This document shows positions 48,041-56,879 of a stretch of 64,000 nt of DNA, in pieces (the stretch's first letter is position 1; the number at the start of each line of letters is the position of its first letter). The translations under genes and the position numbers were made by a program. The notes below the pieces were generated by a model. The model was not told the DNA's origin. It saw only the letters and a program-made list of their open reading frames with translations, and did no database searches. Location: contig CALXPT010000004.1 in the NCBI GenBank assembly GCA_944390355.1, forward strand, positions 1,077 through 65,076, in the 5' to 3' direction. Source of the DNA: an uncultured Alphaproteobacteria bacterium. GTDB lineage: Bacteria > Pseudomonadota > Alphaproteobacteria > RF32 > CAG-239.

Positions 48041-49512
48041 TTATGAAAGAACAGCCAAATCTTGAAGGTATGCCTTTTGCCGCAATTTTTTCTAATCGTA
48101 AATTTGAGCGTATTACATTGGGCGAACTCATTAACCGCGGCGGGGCAGCGGGGCGAATCTATCGTGTGAAGGAATTTCCTCAATATGTTGCCAAAATCTT
48201 TCACTCTAAAAGTAAAAGCGCAACAAATCGCCAAAAACTCGAATCGATGTTGCTCAATCGGCCTAATTTTCCTCCGGCCGTTAAAGACGGAGTCGAGTAT
48301 GTGCAAATTGCTTGGCCAGAAGCTATTTTGGATGATGAAAACGGTTTTTGCGTCGGATATCTCATGCCCTTTGTCAATATGGATGAAGCCGTTTCTCTTG
48401 ACCATTTAATGCAAAAAGCCATTCGCCATAAACTCGGGTTGTCCGAAAAATATTCTTACCGCGTGTTTGCAGCCTATAATGTGGCGGCTATGGTTGCGGC
48501 TTTACACCGTGCAGGGCATTATATCGTGGATTTGAAACCTTCTAACGTTTCGGTTTACAAAAACTCCATGATTGTTGCCATGGTTGACTGCGACGGTTTT
48601 TCCATTAAAGGTGAAAAAGGGAATCGTTATCCGGCAGAATTTGTCAGCGAAGAATATATTTATCCCGAAGGTATGGAACTTGACTGTGAAGATATGGGCG
48701 AAGAACAAGATAAATTTGCTCTGGCCGTTATTATTTTCAAACTCCTAAATAACGGTATTCATCCCTTTTCCGGAACGCCCAGAAAAAAAGACGATGAAAT
48801 GTTGACTATTCAAAACCGAATCGAGCAATATCATTATGCCTATGGTTTGTGGCCTGATTCTTATCAAGCTCCCCACCCTTATTCCATCCATGAATATTTT
48901 GACGTTAAAACTTTGGAGCTATTTGAAAGAGCTTTTGTCCGCGGAGGAAAACGTCCGAGTGCAGAAGAATGGCAGAAACATCTGCACTATCTTCTCAAAA
49001 ATCTTAAACCTTGCCCTAAAAATCAGGATCATTCTTATTTTACGGCAAAAGGATGCGGTCTATGTGTGGCTGAGGAGCGTTTTCGCGGTCGTTTACAGGC
49101 CGAAAGTCAAAAAATACACACCCCGCAAACTCTCCGCGGTATGGAGATTTCGGCCTTGTCGGTTGAAAGCATGGAAAAAGACCGCGCAAAAAAAAGGCAC
49201 GACGCAATCAAAATTCAACGAATCACGTTAGCAGGTATTGCTCTTTATTTCATTTTTTTCGGTTTGTTGTTCCAAATACTCCAACCGCTTGCCGATATGC
49301 TTAAAAATATCGGCTTTGCAGCGCAAGCTTTTATTATCACGCTCGTTATGTTTGCCATTAACCGCTTTATTCGTACTTATCAAAAAAAGCTCCCGTTGCT
49401 TAAAAACCGCGGTTTGACCCAGATGTTGCAGGTCTATGCTTTTATTTGTTTGATTGTGGCTCTCCTTTTTTTTAACGAAATTCCTCAGGATATTTTCCTC
49501 CCCGCCTTATAA
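48037..49512 (+). CDS. Ser/Thr protein kinase with three C-terminal TM helices (TerY-P triad component 3)
   Basis: ATGA overlap with the phosphatase. Gly-loop GGAAGRIYRV, VAKIF lysine, catalytic loop IVDLKPSNV and MVDCDGF in the DFG position. Hydrophobic C-terminus. Confidence 0.8.
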   Translation: MIMKEQPNLEGMPFAAIFSNRKFERITLGELINRGGAAGRIYRVKEFPQYVAKIFHSKSKSATNRQKLESMLLNRPNFPPAVKDGVEYVQIAWPEAILDDENGFCVGYLMPFVNMDEAVSLDHLMQKAIRHKLGLSEKYSYRVFAAYNVAAMVAALHRAGHYIVDLKPSNVSVYKNSMIVAMVDCDGFSIKGEKGNRYPAEFVSEEYIYPEGMELDCEDMGEEQDKFALAVIIFKLLNNGIHPFSGTPRKKDDEMLTIQNRIEQYHYAYGLWPDSYQAPHPYSIHEYFDVKTLELFERAFVRGGKRPSAEEWQKHLHYLLKNLKPCPKNQDHSYFTAKGCGLCVAEERFRGRLQAESQKIHTPQTLRGMEISALSVESMEKDRAKKRHDAIKIQRITLAGIALYFIFFGLLFQILQPLADMLKNIGFAAQAFIITLVMFAINRFIRTYQKKLPLLKNRGLTQMLQVYAFICLIVALLFFNEIPQDIFLPAL

Positions 49513-49603
49513 TCGTTTAAAAAATTGATATTTAAACTACACAAAATGATTTTTTTATGTTACTCTCTCTCCAGTTTTAATTTGATAATATGGGAATTTA
49601 TCC

Positions 49604-50992
49604 ATGATTAATTTGAATCCGATTATGATTTCCGGAAAAGAAGTTCTCCCTTTGATTGAAGGCGGAAAGGGGATTAATGCCAGCAACGGTTTTAGCTCCG
49701 GTGCTTGGGCTAAAGAAAATTGTGTTGGAACTTTTTCCGGCGTTTCTCCTGATTTTTATGACGATAAAGGAAATGTCGTTATTGAGACTTTTATGAAAAA
49801 AATCAGAAAAGACCGTCATGAGGAAATGATTGAATATGCAATTAAGGGTGGGGTGGCTCAAGCTGAAGTAGCTCATGAAATTTCTAACGGAAACGGACGT
49901 ATCCATATGAATATGCTTTGGGAAATGGCTGATTCCGAACGGATTATTACTGGTGTGTTGGAACGGGCTAAAGGGCTTATTCATGGAATTACCTGCGGTG
50001 CGGGGCTGCCTTATCATTTGGGCGAATTGGCCTCTCGTTTCGGGGTTTATTACTATCCTATCGTATCTTCGGCTCGCGCTTTTCAAGTTTTGTGGAAAAG
50101 GGCTTATTCAAAATTTACCGATTATCTCGGCGGCGTGGTTTATGAAGACCCTTGGCTTGCCGGCGGGCATAACGGCTTGTCTAATGCCGAAGATCCTAAT
50201 CAACCACAGAAACCCTATCAAAGGTTGGTCGAACTCAGAAAGTTCTTGACTTCCATTAACCTCAAAGATTTGCCTATCATTTTAGCAGGCGGCGTTTGGT
50301 CTTTGGATGAATGGAAAGATTATATCGATAACCCCGAAATCGGCAAAATCGCTTTTCAATTCGGAACACGGCCGATGATTACTAAAGAAAGTCCGGTTAG
50401 CGACGCTTGGAAAAAAGTGATGATGCAAGTCAAAAAGGGCGATGTGATTTTGCAAAAATTCAGCCCTACCGGATTTTTCTCTTCCGCAATCAAAAATACT
50501 TTCTTGGAGCGTTTGATTGAGCGCAAAAACGGCGAAGTCGCTTTCAAAAACGATGCCGATGCCGAATTTTCTCATCCGCTGCAAATCAGCGAACACCGCT
50601 TGGTTTATATCAAACCCAGTGATGCACCTAAAGCAGAAAAGCAACTCTCGGCCGGCTTTACCGACATTCAAGAAACGCCTGATTCTACCGTCGTGTTCAT
50701 GACGCCGCAAGAAGTGGCGCAGATGAAAAAAGATCGTGCTGCTTGTGTCGGCTGTTTGTCTCAATGCCAGTTCTCTACTTGGTCGCGGGCTAGCGGCACA
50801 ACAGGAAAGCTCCCTGACCCACGGTCTTATTGCATTCATAAAACACTTTATGAAGTCGGACATGGCGGCAGCGTCAAAGACCATTTGTTGTTTGCCGGTC
50901 ATCAGGTCTATCGTTTTGCGACTGACCCGTTGTATCGTAACGGTATTCCCTCGGTTAAAGAGCTTATTGAAAAGATTAAAATCGGTCAGTAA
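49604..50992 (+). CDS. Nitronate monooxygenase / 2-nitropropane dioxygenase-family FMN oxidoreductase (long form)
   Basis: 462 aa. IEGGKGINASNG, ITCGAGLP and ILAGGVWS suggest a TIM-barrel flavoenzyme. The family assignment is from memory of the pattern only. Confidence 0.55.
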   Translation: MINLNPIMISGKEVLPLIEGGKGINASNGFSSGAWAKENCVGTFSGVSPDFYDDKGNVVIETFMKKIRKDRHEEMIEYAIKGGVAQAEVAHEISNGNGRIHMNMLWEMADSERIITGVLERAKGLIHGITCGAGLPYHLGELASRFGVYYYPIVSSARAFQVLWKRAYSKFTDYLGGVVYEDPWLAGGHNGLSNAEDPNQPQKPYQRLVELRKFLTSINLKDLPIILAGGVWSLDEWKDYIDNPEIGKIAFQFGTRPMITKESPVSDAWKKVMMQVKKGDVILQKFSPTGFFSSAIKNTFLERLIERKNGEVAFKNDADAEFSHPLQISEHRLVYIKPSDAPKAEKQLSAGFTDIQETPDSTVVFMTPQEVAQMKKDRAACVGCLSQCQFSTWSRASGTTGKLPDPRSYCIHKTLYEVGHGGSVKDHLLFAGHQVYRFATDPLYRNGIPSVKELIEKIKIGQ

Positions 50993-51000
50993 CTTTTTTT

Positions 51001-51033
51001 AATCTCAGGTGCTTTTCCTGAGATTTTTTTTGT
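51001..51033 (+). terminator. Intrinsic terminator
   Basis: aatctcagg-tgcttttc-ctgagatt stem-loop followed by T8. Confidence 0.75.
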
Positions 51034-51069
51034 GCTATGATATAAAAAAATGTTTGAGGATATTGCTCT

Positions 51070-51972
51070 ATGCCTTTTGTTAACAGACTAAAAAACAAGT
51101 GCGGCGGAAAAGATGCTTTTTATATCGCCAAAAGTACTTCACCTTTGGTGTGGTCGGATGAATTTTCTTATCCCGACAGTCTCATCTCTCAAAAGCAAAA
51201 GGATAAAGGCGTGCGCTTACTCTATTACCCTATGGTTTATACCATTAAGCGGGATGAAAAAGACGGCTCACTGGTGTTGAAAGATATTTCCAATCAAAAT
51301 CAGCCGCTACCCAAAACTCTCGCCGGTTTCAAAGATGTCGGCTTTCCGCAAATTACGGTTTACGGATATATGCTTGCAATTGATGACGGCCTTAAAGAAT
51401 CTTTATCTGCTCAAGAACAAAAGAAAATTGAGGCTTTTGTTAAACATTTTGAAAAAATCAAGGCGCAGAATCCGGCTCTTTCGGTTGCGCATGAACTCAC
51501 ACATTTGGACAACCGGACGGCCTTTCTTGAGGCACATAAAAAATTTGAAAACTTAAAACTCTCTCCCGAAGATTTTTTGAAACTGCGCTTTGCAGATGAA
51601 ATTTTTGCCTCTGCCAAAGAACAGCTCGTTGCCCAAAATCCAACCACCCAAGAAGATATGGAAAAAATTGTGCGTGATATACAGCAAAACTGGCTCAAAG
51701 ATGAAAATAAAAAGCACTATTATCAAGATGAGAGCAGCGACTTTGCTTCACAACTCGACCAATATAACAATATTACAAAAAATCGTAAGGTTGATAGCAA
51801 GCATTTGATGTTTCAAGAACTCCTAGATGCTTATACTTCGTTTGAAAGGGACGGCAAAACTTATCATCTGTCCTCGGTGATAAACCTTGATTTCAATATG
51901 CCCGAAAAGCTCAAAAAATATGCCGGAATAAGCTCTCCCCTTTCTTTTTCAAAAGCATCTTTGGAGAGATAA
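51070..51972 (+). CDS. 300-aa hypothetical protein with an HExxH motif
   Basis: Single ORF between two terminators with no signal peptide. The only recognisable element is SVAHELTHLDN. Confidence 0.55.
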   Translation: MPFVNRLKNKCGGKDAFYIAKSTSPLVWSDEFSYPDSLISQKQKDKGVRLLYYPMVYTIKRDEKDGSLVLKDISNQNQPLPKTLAGFKDVGFPQITVYGYMLAIDDGLKESLSAQEQKKIEAFVKHFEKIKAQNPALSVAHELTHLDNRTAFLEAHKKFENLKLSPEDFLKLRFADEIFASAKEQLVAQNPTTQEDMEKIVRDIQQNWLKDENKKHYYQDESSDFASQLDQYNNITKNRKVDSKHLMFQELLDAYTSFERDGKTYHLSSVINLDFNMPEKLKKYAGISSPLSFSKASLER

Positions 51973-51978
51973 AATAAA

Positions 51979-52013
51979 AGAACCGAAAGTCTTTTTAACT
52001 CTCGGTTCTTTGT
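51979..52013. terminator. Bidirectional terminator
   Basis: agaaccga / tcggttct stem with a 15-nt loop, between convergent genes. Confidence 0.55.
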
Positions 52014-52018
52014 TTGTT

Positions 52019-52603
52019 TTAATCTTCAATGACTGACAGCTTGTTTCCGTCATATGTCAGATGGCAAAATTCGCAATTTGACATGATGCATTCTTTTTGC
52101 TTGAGTGAAGCTTTCACCAAACCGATTAAGCCACCGTGAGAAATGATTGCTATGTTGCTTTCCGGCAATTTCATCATATCTTTTAAGGCAAACATAAAGC
52201 GGTTATATGCGTGCTGTTGGGTTTCGCCCCTTGGGAATTTGGTTGAAAATGTATCCGGTGCAGGGTGAATCCACAAATCATACAGTCTGGTGTATTTTAC
52301 CTTTATGGTTTCTATCGGAAGGCCTTCAGAATCGCCAAAATTGCATTCATTTAAACGCGCATCCATCAAATTTCCGATATTAAGTCCGGAAGCAATGATA
52401 TTACCGGTTTGTTTGGCTCGTTTCAATGCGCTACTGACAACCAGATTTATGTTCTTGTCCTTGAGTTTTTCAAGCAACTTTTTGGCCTGTGCAATACCTG
52501 TGTCATTTAAGCTTAAATCAACACTTGTTCCCTGCCATAGCCCCTGTAAATTGGCATTGGTTTGGCCGTGGCGGCATAAATAAAAATGTTTTTCCATACG
52601 CAA
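52019..52603 (-). CDS. Histidine phosphatase (phosphoglycerate mutase-like) family protein
   Basis: FYLCRHGQTNANLQGLWQG carries the RHG catalytic motif, and IAIISHGGLI carries the second His. Confidence 0.8.
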   Translation of the reverse strand: MRMEKHFYLCRHGQTNANLQGLWQGTSVDLSLNDTGIAQAKKLLEKLKDKNINLVVSSALKRAKQTGNIIASGLNIGNLMDARLNECNFGDSEGLPIETIKVKYTRLYDLWIHPAPDTFSTKFPRGETQQHAYNRFMFALKDMMKLPESNIAIISHGGLIGLVKASLKQKECIMSNCEFCHLTYDGNKLSVIED

Positions 52604-52700
52604 TAATATTTTAATGATAAAAATTTCGTCCGCTACTCTAACACAAAAATTTTTTTGTGCAAGAAAAAAGCCCTGAAAATTTGTCCAGAGCCCTTTCTTC

Positions 52701-53216
52701 TTAATCTATCACTTCGTCCGCATATACGCCAAACATATTGCGACGCGGTACCCAGCCTTCTATATTATCAAATTTTATGAGGCAAAAAGAACTCCCAGAC
52801 GGGCACTTTTTGACCTGACCAATGACCTGATCCTCAACCTTGGCTACAACTCGCGATTGATAGTCATCCGATGCATAAATATTACTCTCGCCTTTTGCCG
52901 TCATTTTTATGGTTCTGGTTCCCGATAACATTGATTTATGAACCCATGTTTGTGAACCTTCCCAATCTTTTATCTTGCGCCAAAGTTCAAACTCGGCCGT
53001 GATTTCAACCGGCGCGCCTTTTTGCTGGTAGACCCATTCTATCGGATAACGCGCTCCGGGGCCGGAACGGGCATTAATTAAATTTGAACGCAGCGAAACC
53101 ATGCGCGGAAGTGCTAATCCGCTCTCCTCCCCTTCTTCTTTGTCCTGTGCATTTGCCATTCCTACCGTCATGACAAACATAACAAACGTGATTATTGCCA
53201 ACCATATCGTTTTCAT
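52701..53216 (-). CDS. Secreted SH3-like domain protein (DUF1058 type)
   Basis: Signal peptide, then LPRMVSLRSNLINARSGPGARYPIEWVYQQKGAPVEI...WRKIKDWEGSQTWVHKSMLSG, the alphaproteobacterial DUF1058 pattern. Confidence 0.7.
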   Translation of the reverse strand: MKTIWLAIITFVMFVMTVGMANAQDKEEGEESGLALPRMVSLRSNLINARSGPGARYPIEWVYQQKGAPVEITAEFELWRKIKDWEGSQTWVHKSMLSGTRTIKMTAKGESNIYASDDYQSRVVAKVEDQVIGQVKKCPSGSSFCLIKFDNIEGWVPRRNMFGVYADEVID

Positions 53217-53299
53217 TTCTTCCTCTGCTGTTTTTTTAATCTTTTCTTATTATATTTATGCGTAATAATATCTATAAAGCGTAAAAAAATTGCTAAAGG

Positions 53300-54424
53300 A
53301 TGATAAAAATGGATTTAATTAAGACAATTGAACAACTTATTCAATTTAGAACCGAAACCGGAAACACTATAGAAATTGACAAGTGTTTGGATTATGCCAA
53401 AAATTTGTTTGACGGCACTGAGGCGAAAGTCGATATCTGCCGCTTTGACAACGCCTCTCCGGTGCTGTTTGTCCGAAATATTGACACCGATGATTATGAT
53501 GTGGTTTGTCTTGGGCATTTGGATGTGGTGCCGGCTGATGAAAAAATGTTTCATCCCTATATCGAAAACGGAAAAATGTTCGGCCGCGGAACTTTGGATA
53601 TGAAGTCTTTTGCAGCTGTGGCGTTTAACTCCATGTTCCATGTGTTGCAAAACAAGCTGCCGATTAAATTTGCCGTCATTCTCTCTACCGATGAGGAAAA
53701 AGGCAGCGCAAGCACGCATGCTTTTATGAATGCGCATCCGAATCTGAAATCTAAAATCGTGTTGGACAACGATGTCGGCGGTGATATTCTTAAACTGGTT
53801 ACAAAATGCAAAAACCCCGTGTTTGTTAAAATCATATCCGAAGGAAAAGAGGCGCACGGCTCTACGCCTTGGGAGGGAATCGACGCTAATGAAAAGTTGA
53901 TGCAGGTTTGGCAGAACATCCGCAAAATTTATCCTTATTATTCCAAAGAGCTCCCTCAACCCAAAGATACTTGGTTTGACACCGTGCATTTTGCCAAGAT
54001 TGAGGGGGGGCAGGTGTCCAACGTGATTTCGAATCATGCCGTGGCGTTGCTTGATTTTCGTTTAACCGAAAATTCCAGCGTTGAAAACCTCAAAAAGAAT
54101 CTGGATAAATGTATGGAAAGCGGCGTTACTTACAAAATTGTTTCCGACAGCACGCCGGTGGTGATGGATGAAGCGAATCCTTATATTTTGGATTATAAGC
54201 AGTTTGCCGAAGATATTTTAGGCAAGAAAATTGAGTTTGAACATATCGGCGGGGCAACGGACTCTCGCTCCTTTGCCATTCGCGGGTCAATCGTGATTAT
54301 GCATTCGGGCACGGGTGAAGGTATGCACGCTAACGGCGAATATGTGGAAGTTGACAGTGTTAAGCAAATTGCCGAAATTCAAACCCGTTTCCTCGACAAG
54401 CTTGCTAAAGATTTGAATAAGTAA
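53300..54424 (+). CDS. M20-family metallopeptidase/deacylase (ArgE/DapE-like)
   Basis: CLGHLDVVPAD, GRGTLDMKS, STDEEKGS and HGSTPWEGI metal/catalytic motifs. The start may be the Met at 53309. Confidence 0.8.
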   Translation: MIKMDLIKTIEQLIQFRTETGNTIEIDKCLDYAKNLFDGTEAKVDICRFDNASPVLFVRNIDTDDYDVVCLGHLDVVPADEKMFHPYIENGKMFGRGTLDMKSFAAVAFNSMFHVLQNKLPIKFAVILSTDEEKGSASTHAFMNAHPNLKSKIVLDNDVGGDILKLVTKCKNPVFVKIISEGKEAHGSTPWEGIDANEKLMQVWQNIRKIYPYYSKELPQPKDTWFDTVHFAKIEGGQVSNVISNHAVALLDFRLTENSSVENLKKNLDKCMESGVTYKIVSDSTPVVMDEANPYILDYKQFAEDILGKKIEFEHIGGATDSRSFAIRGSIVIMHSGTGEGMHANGEYVEVDSVKQIAEIQTRFLDKLAKDLNK

Positions 54425-54444
54425 AACTTGTTTTTAATTAGATT

Positions 54445-54470
54445 AAGCCCGCTCTTTGTAAGCGGGCTTT
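54445..54470. terminator. Bidirectional terminator
   Basis: aagcccgct-ctttgta-agcgggctt stem-loop between convergent genes. Confidence 0.7.
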
Positions 54471-54478
54471 GTATATCC

Positions 54479-55219
54479 CTAAAAAGTAATCATTTTAGGC
54501 ATATAAAATTGACTTAGAAATTGTTCCAACCCAGCTCTATTACCATAATAAGTCTCATTCATATCTTCTCTTTTACATGACCTATACATACGCGGTATAG
54601 CCACATAAACATTTCCATCTGGATGTTCTTCAACAACAAACGGGTCATAATAAGGAGCAGTAAAATATCCATACAAATGTGTATTATTATTCAAGGCAGT
54701 ACAAATCAGTTGTCCTGCCCGAAATGTATCATACACTTGACTATTAACAAACTCTAAAGTCATTCTTTTAACCTCTCGGAGAGACATAGCTTTACATTTT
54801 CCATTTTCTTTTGCATAAACAAAATATCCCCCATTCTCTGTTACTAATGAAAAACTATAACAACTAGAACCATTGTAAAGATCTCCCACTTGACATCCGT
54901 TGCAGGCTTGGCTATACCCGCCAGTTCCTGACCCAGAGCCAGTCCCTGAACCGGAACCGGAACCCGAGTTATTCTCCAATTTAGTAATTCGGTTAAGTAT
55001 ATTGGTTATACTTGAGTTAATAGAATTTATTTTTGTCGTGTTATTAGGCCCTGTGCAGTTCCAAGCGTTTCCGAACGGGCATTTAATACCGCCGTCACAG
55101 GAAGAACTCGAAGTATAACCCAAGCTTGAACAACTCGGGGTTTGGATACACGCTGCCTCAGCCACACCACTCATCGTAAAAGCCACCAAAATTGTTGAAT
55201 ATAATAAAAACTTTCTCAT
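54479..55219 (-). CDS. Secreted Cys-rich protein with a (GS/GT)n linker
   Basis: I moved the start to the ATG at 55219 (AGGAG RBS). Signal peptide ...MSGVAEA|A. Cys-knot-like N-module CIQTPSCSSLGYTSSSSCDGGIKCPFGNAWNC, linker NSGSGSGSGTGSGSGTGG, and a ~140-aa C-domain. Confidence 0.65.
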   Translation of the reverse strand: MRKFLLYSTILVAFTMSGVAEAACIQTPSCSSLGYTSSSSCDGGIKCPFGNAWNCTGPNNTTKINSINSSITNILNRITKLENNSGSGSGSGTGSGSGTGGYSQACNGCQVGDLYNGSSCYSFSLVTENGGYFVYAKENGKCKAMSLREVKRMTLEFVNSQVYDTFRAGQLICTALNNNTHLYGYFTAPYYDPFVVEEHPDGNVYVAIPRMYRSCKREDMNETYYGNRAGLEQFLSQFYMPKMITF

Positions 55220-55323
55220 TTTCTTTCTCCTGTAGGCGGGGCCTACTGCCATCAATTTTGCATTGTGGCCAGACCGCCGCTTTGTTAATAATTATGGTTG
55301 TTTCCCTCTCCCTTGGCCTTGAA

Positions 55324-56202
55324 CTATTGTTCAAAAGCACAATAGTCGCACCAGTCGGTGCAACCAGACTTACAGCCGGTTACAATGTATAAATTCGAGC
55401 ATTCTTCAAACGTGCAAACCGTGCACGGAGGGCATTCGCTCTCCGTACCTAAGTTCGGGCATTTTTTGCATTCCGAACACAAGGTTGTATTGCCGCTTTG
55501 ACAAGCGGTTGCGCCGTCCACACAGCCCATTTCCCCGCAATCAAGATAGCCGGTGCAGTCTTTCTCTTTGATTTTGTATTTTTCCTTGATTTTGAAGCCA
55601 CCTTCATCACATTCTTCGCAGGGTTCACCGTCTGCTTCATAACCGTCGGGAATTGAACCGAGTGTGTATTTGTATTCCGCCGGACACGTCGGGGTACAGC
55701 AGTCTTTGTATAACCCATTGCCGCAGACCGTACCGACACCTTTTAACGGTGCTTCACAAGTTACGTAATTACTCGGACAATCCGGAATACATTCGGCAAA
55801 ATATTTATTATTCAGCGGGCAATATTTGTTGCCCTTATAGCCGCTCGGACACGAGGTTTTATTATACCCCATTCGGATACAGCTTTCGGCATCTCCTCCC
55901 CCTGGGGGTATAACTTCCGGTGTGCCGCCTTCCAAATCCGTGCCGACAAAGTCCGCTCCGCCGCAATCTTCCGTATCCGTTATCCAGCAAACTTGAGCAA
56001 CTTTAATCTCCGGCCGCCCCCTAAAACTCTCGGGAGACAAATGTCGAGCTATGAGGTGTGAAGTATGCGATGTGTGTAATTTAGCATAGCTCGGAACGGG
56101 AGGTGCTTTTAGATTAAAATTAATTGATGCCTGAACTTGATTATCCAAACAAGCCAAGCTTAATGCTGTAGCACACAGCAAAAGGCAACCCTTTTTCATC
56201 AT
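55324..56202 (-). CDS. Secreted, extremely Cys-rich protein
   Basis: Signal peptide LLLCATALSLA. It has dozens of Cys, including a module CIRMGYNKTSCPSGYKGNKYCPLNNKYFAEC related to the neighbouring gene. GAGGTG RBS. Confidence 0.65.
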   Translation of the reverse strand: MMKKGCLLLCATALSLACLDNQVQASINFNLKAPPVPSYAKLHTSHTSHLIARHLSPESFRGRPEIKVAQVCWITDTEDCGGADFVGTDLEGGTPEVIPPGGGDAESCIRMGYNKTSCPSGYKGNKYCPLNNKYFAECIPDCPSNYVTCEAPLKGVGTVCGNGLYKDCCTPTCPAEYKYTLGSIPDGYEADGEPCEECDEGGFKIKEKYKIKEKDCTGYLDCGEMGCVDGATACQSGNTTLCSECKKCPNLGTESECPPCTVCTFEECSNLYIVTGCKSGCTDWCDYCAFEQ

Positions 56203-56351
56203 AATACACCTCGTAAAAAGTTCTAATTACATTTGTCTCCACGACTCGTATTATACCACAAAAGAAAATCCCTTTCAATAGAAATTTTCAAGGCTGGACA
56301 AGGGTTTGGGCGAACTCTTTTGCATAAAAAATTGGAATTGATTTTTTCTTT

Positions 56352-56391
56352 TATAAAAAAATAGCCTGCTTTTTTTTCAAACAGGCTATTC
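56352..56391 (-). terminator. Intrinsic terminator downstream of the 56409..56786 lipoprotein gene
   Basis: Minus strand reads aatagcctg-(loop)-caggctatt followed by a T-run. Confidence 0.65.
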
Positions 56392-56408
56392 TCTCTTATG
56401 TTCTCTTT

Positions 56409-56786
56409 TTATCTCGTCAACAGTTCCGGACTGCCTTGATTCAACTGAGGTATTTGTGCTTCCGGAATATCCGAATAAGGAACATAGTCTGATGGTGTAT
56501 TACTATATTTTGGGGAATTGTTTTGTTGTTGCTGTTGTCTGTAATTCTGCTTATAGATATACGGAATTTCTTGTTCCTTGCCTTCAATATTAATCTCGGG
56601 ATTTACAAAACCCATGTTCCCCTTTTCAACAAAATAAAAATCACGACGAATCATTGCCTTATCTTTAATCGATAACTCATTCCACTCCTTTTCCGTCATC
56701 CCATACGGATAATTTTGCACCGGCTCACTGTTATATGCGCAGGCCGCCGTTAATCCTATTAAGCATGTGGCTATAATTCTTTTCAT
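56409..56786 (-). CDS. Small lipoprotein, Gln-rich C-terminus
   Basis: I moved the start to the ATG at 56786 (GGGGAG RBS). Lipobox GLTAAC|A. Confidence 0.6.
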   Translation of the reverse strand: MKRIIATCLIGLTAACAYNSEPVQNYPYGMTEKEWNELSIKDKAMIRRDFYFVEKGNMGFVNPEINIEGKEQEIPYIYKQNYRQQQQQNNSPKYSNTPSDYVPYSDIPEAQIPQLNQGSPELLTR

Positions 56787-56879
56787 GATAACTCTCCCCC
56801 ATATCTTTACTTCTAGAGAGGAGTATATCACAAATTGCTTAACAGCAAAATACTTATTTTTATTTTTTACTCAGATGTT

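Noticed and set aside
47252-54037. Long antisense ORFs opposite the PP2C, kinase, NMO and M20 genes (47252..47668, 47926..48405, 49598..50086, 50282..50902, 53315..54037)
   Set aside because: The opposite-strand genes carry clear catalytic motifs. These ORFs have none and overlap them completely.
54900-54975. Short-period DNA repeat (ccagagcc/ggaaccgg units) that might look like a microsatellite or CRISPR-like array
   Set aside because: It is the coding sequence of the (GS/GT)n linker of the 54479..55219 protein. It has no spacer-repeat architecture, and no cas genes occur in the window.
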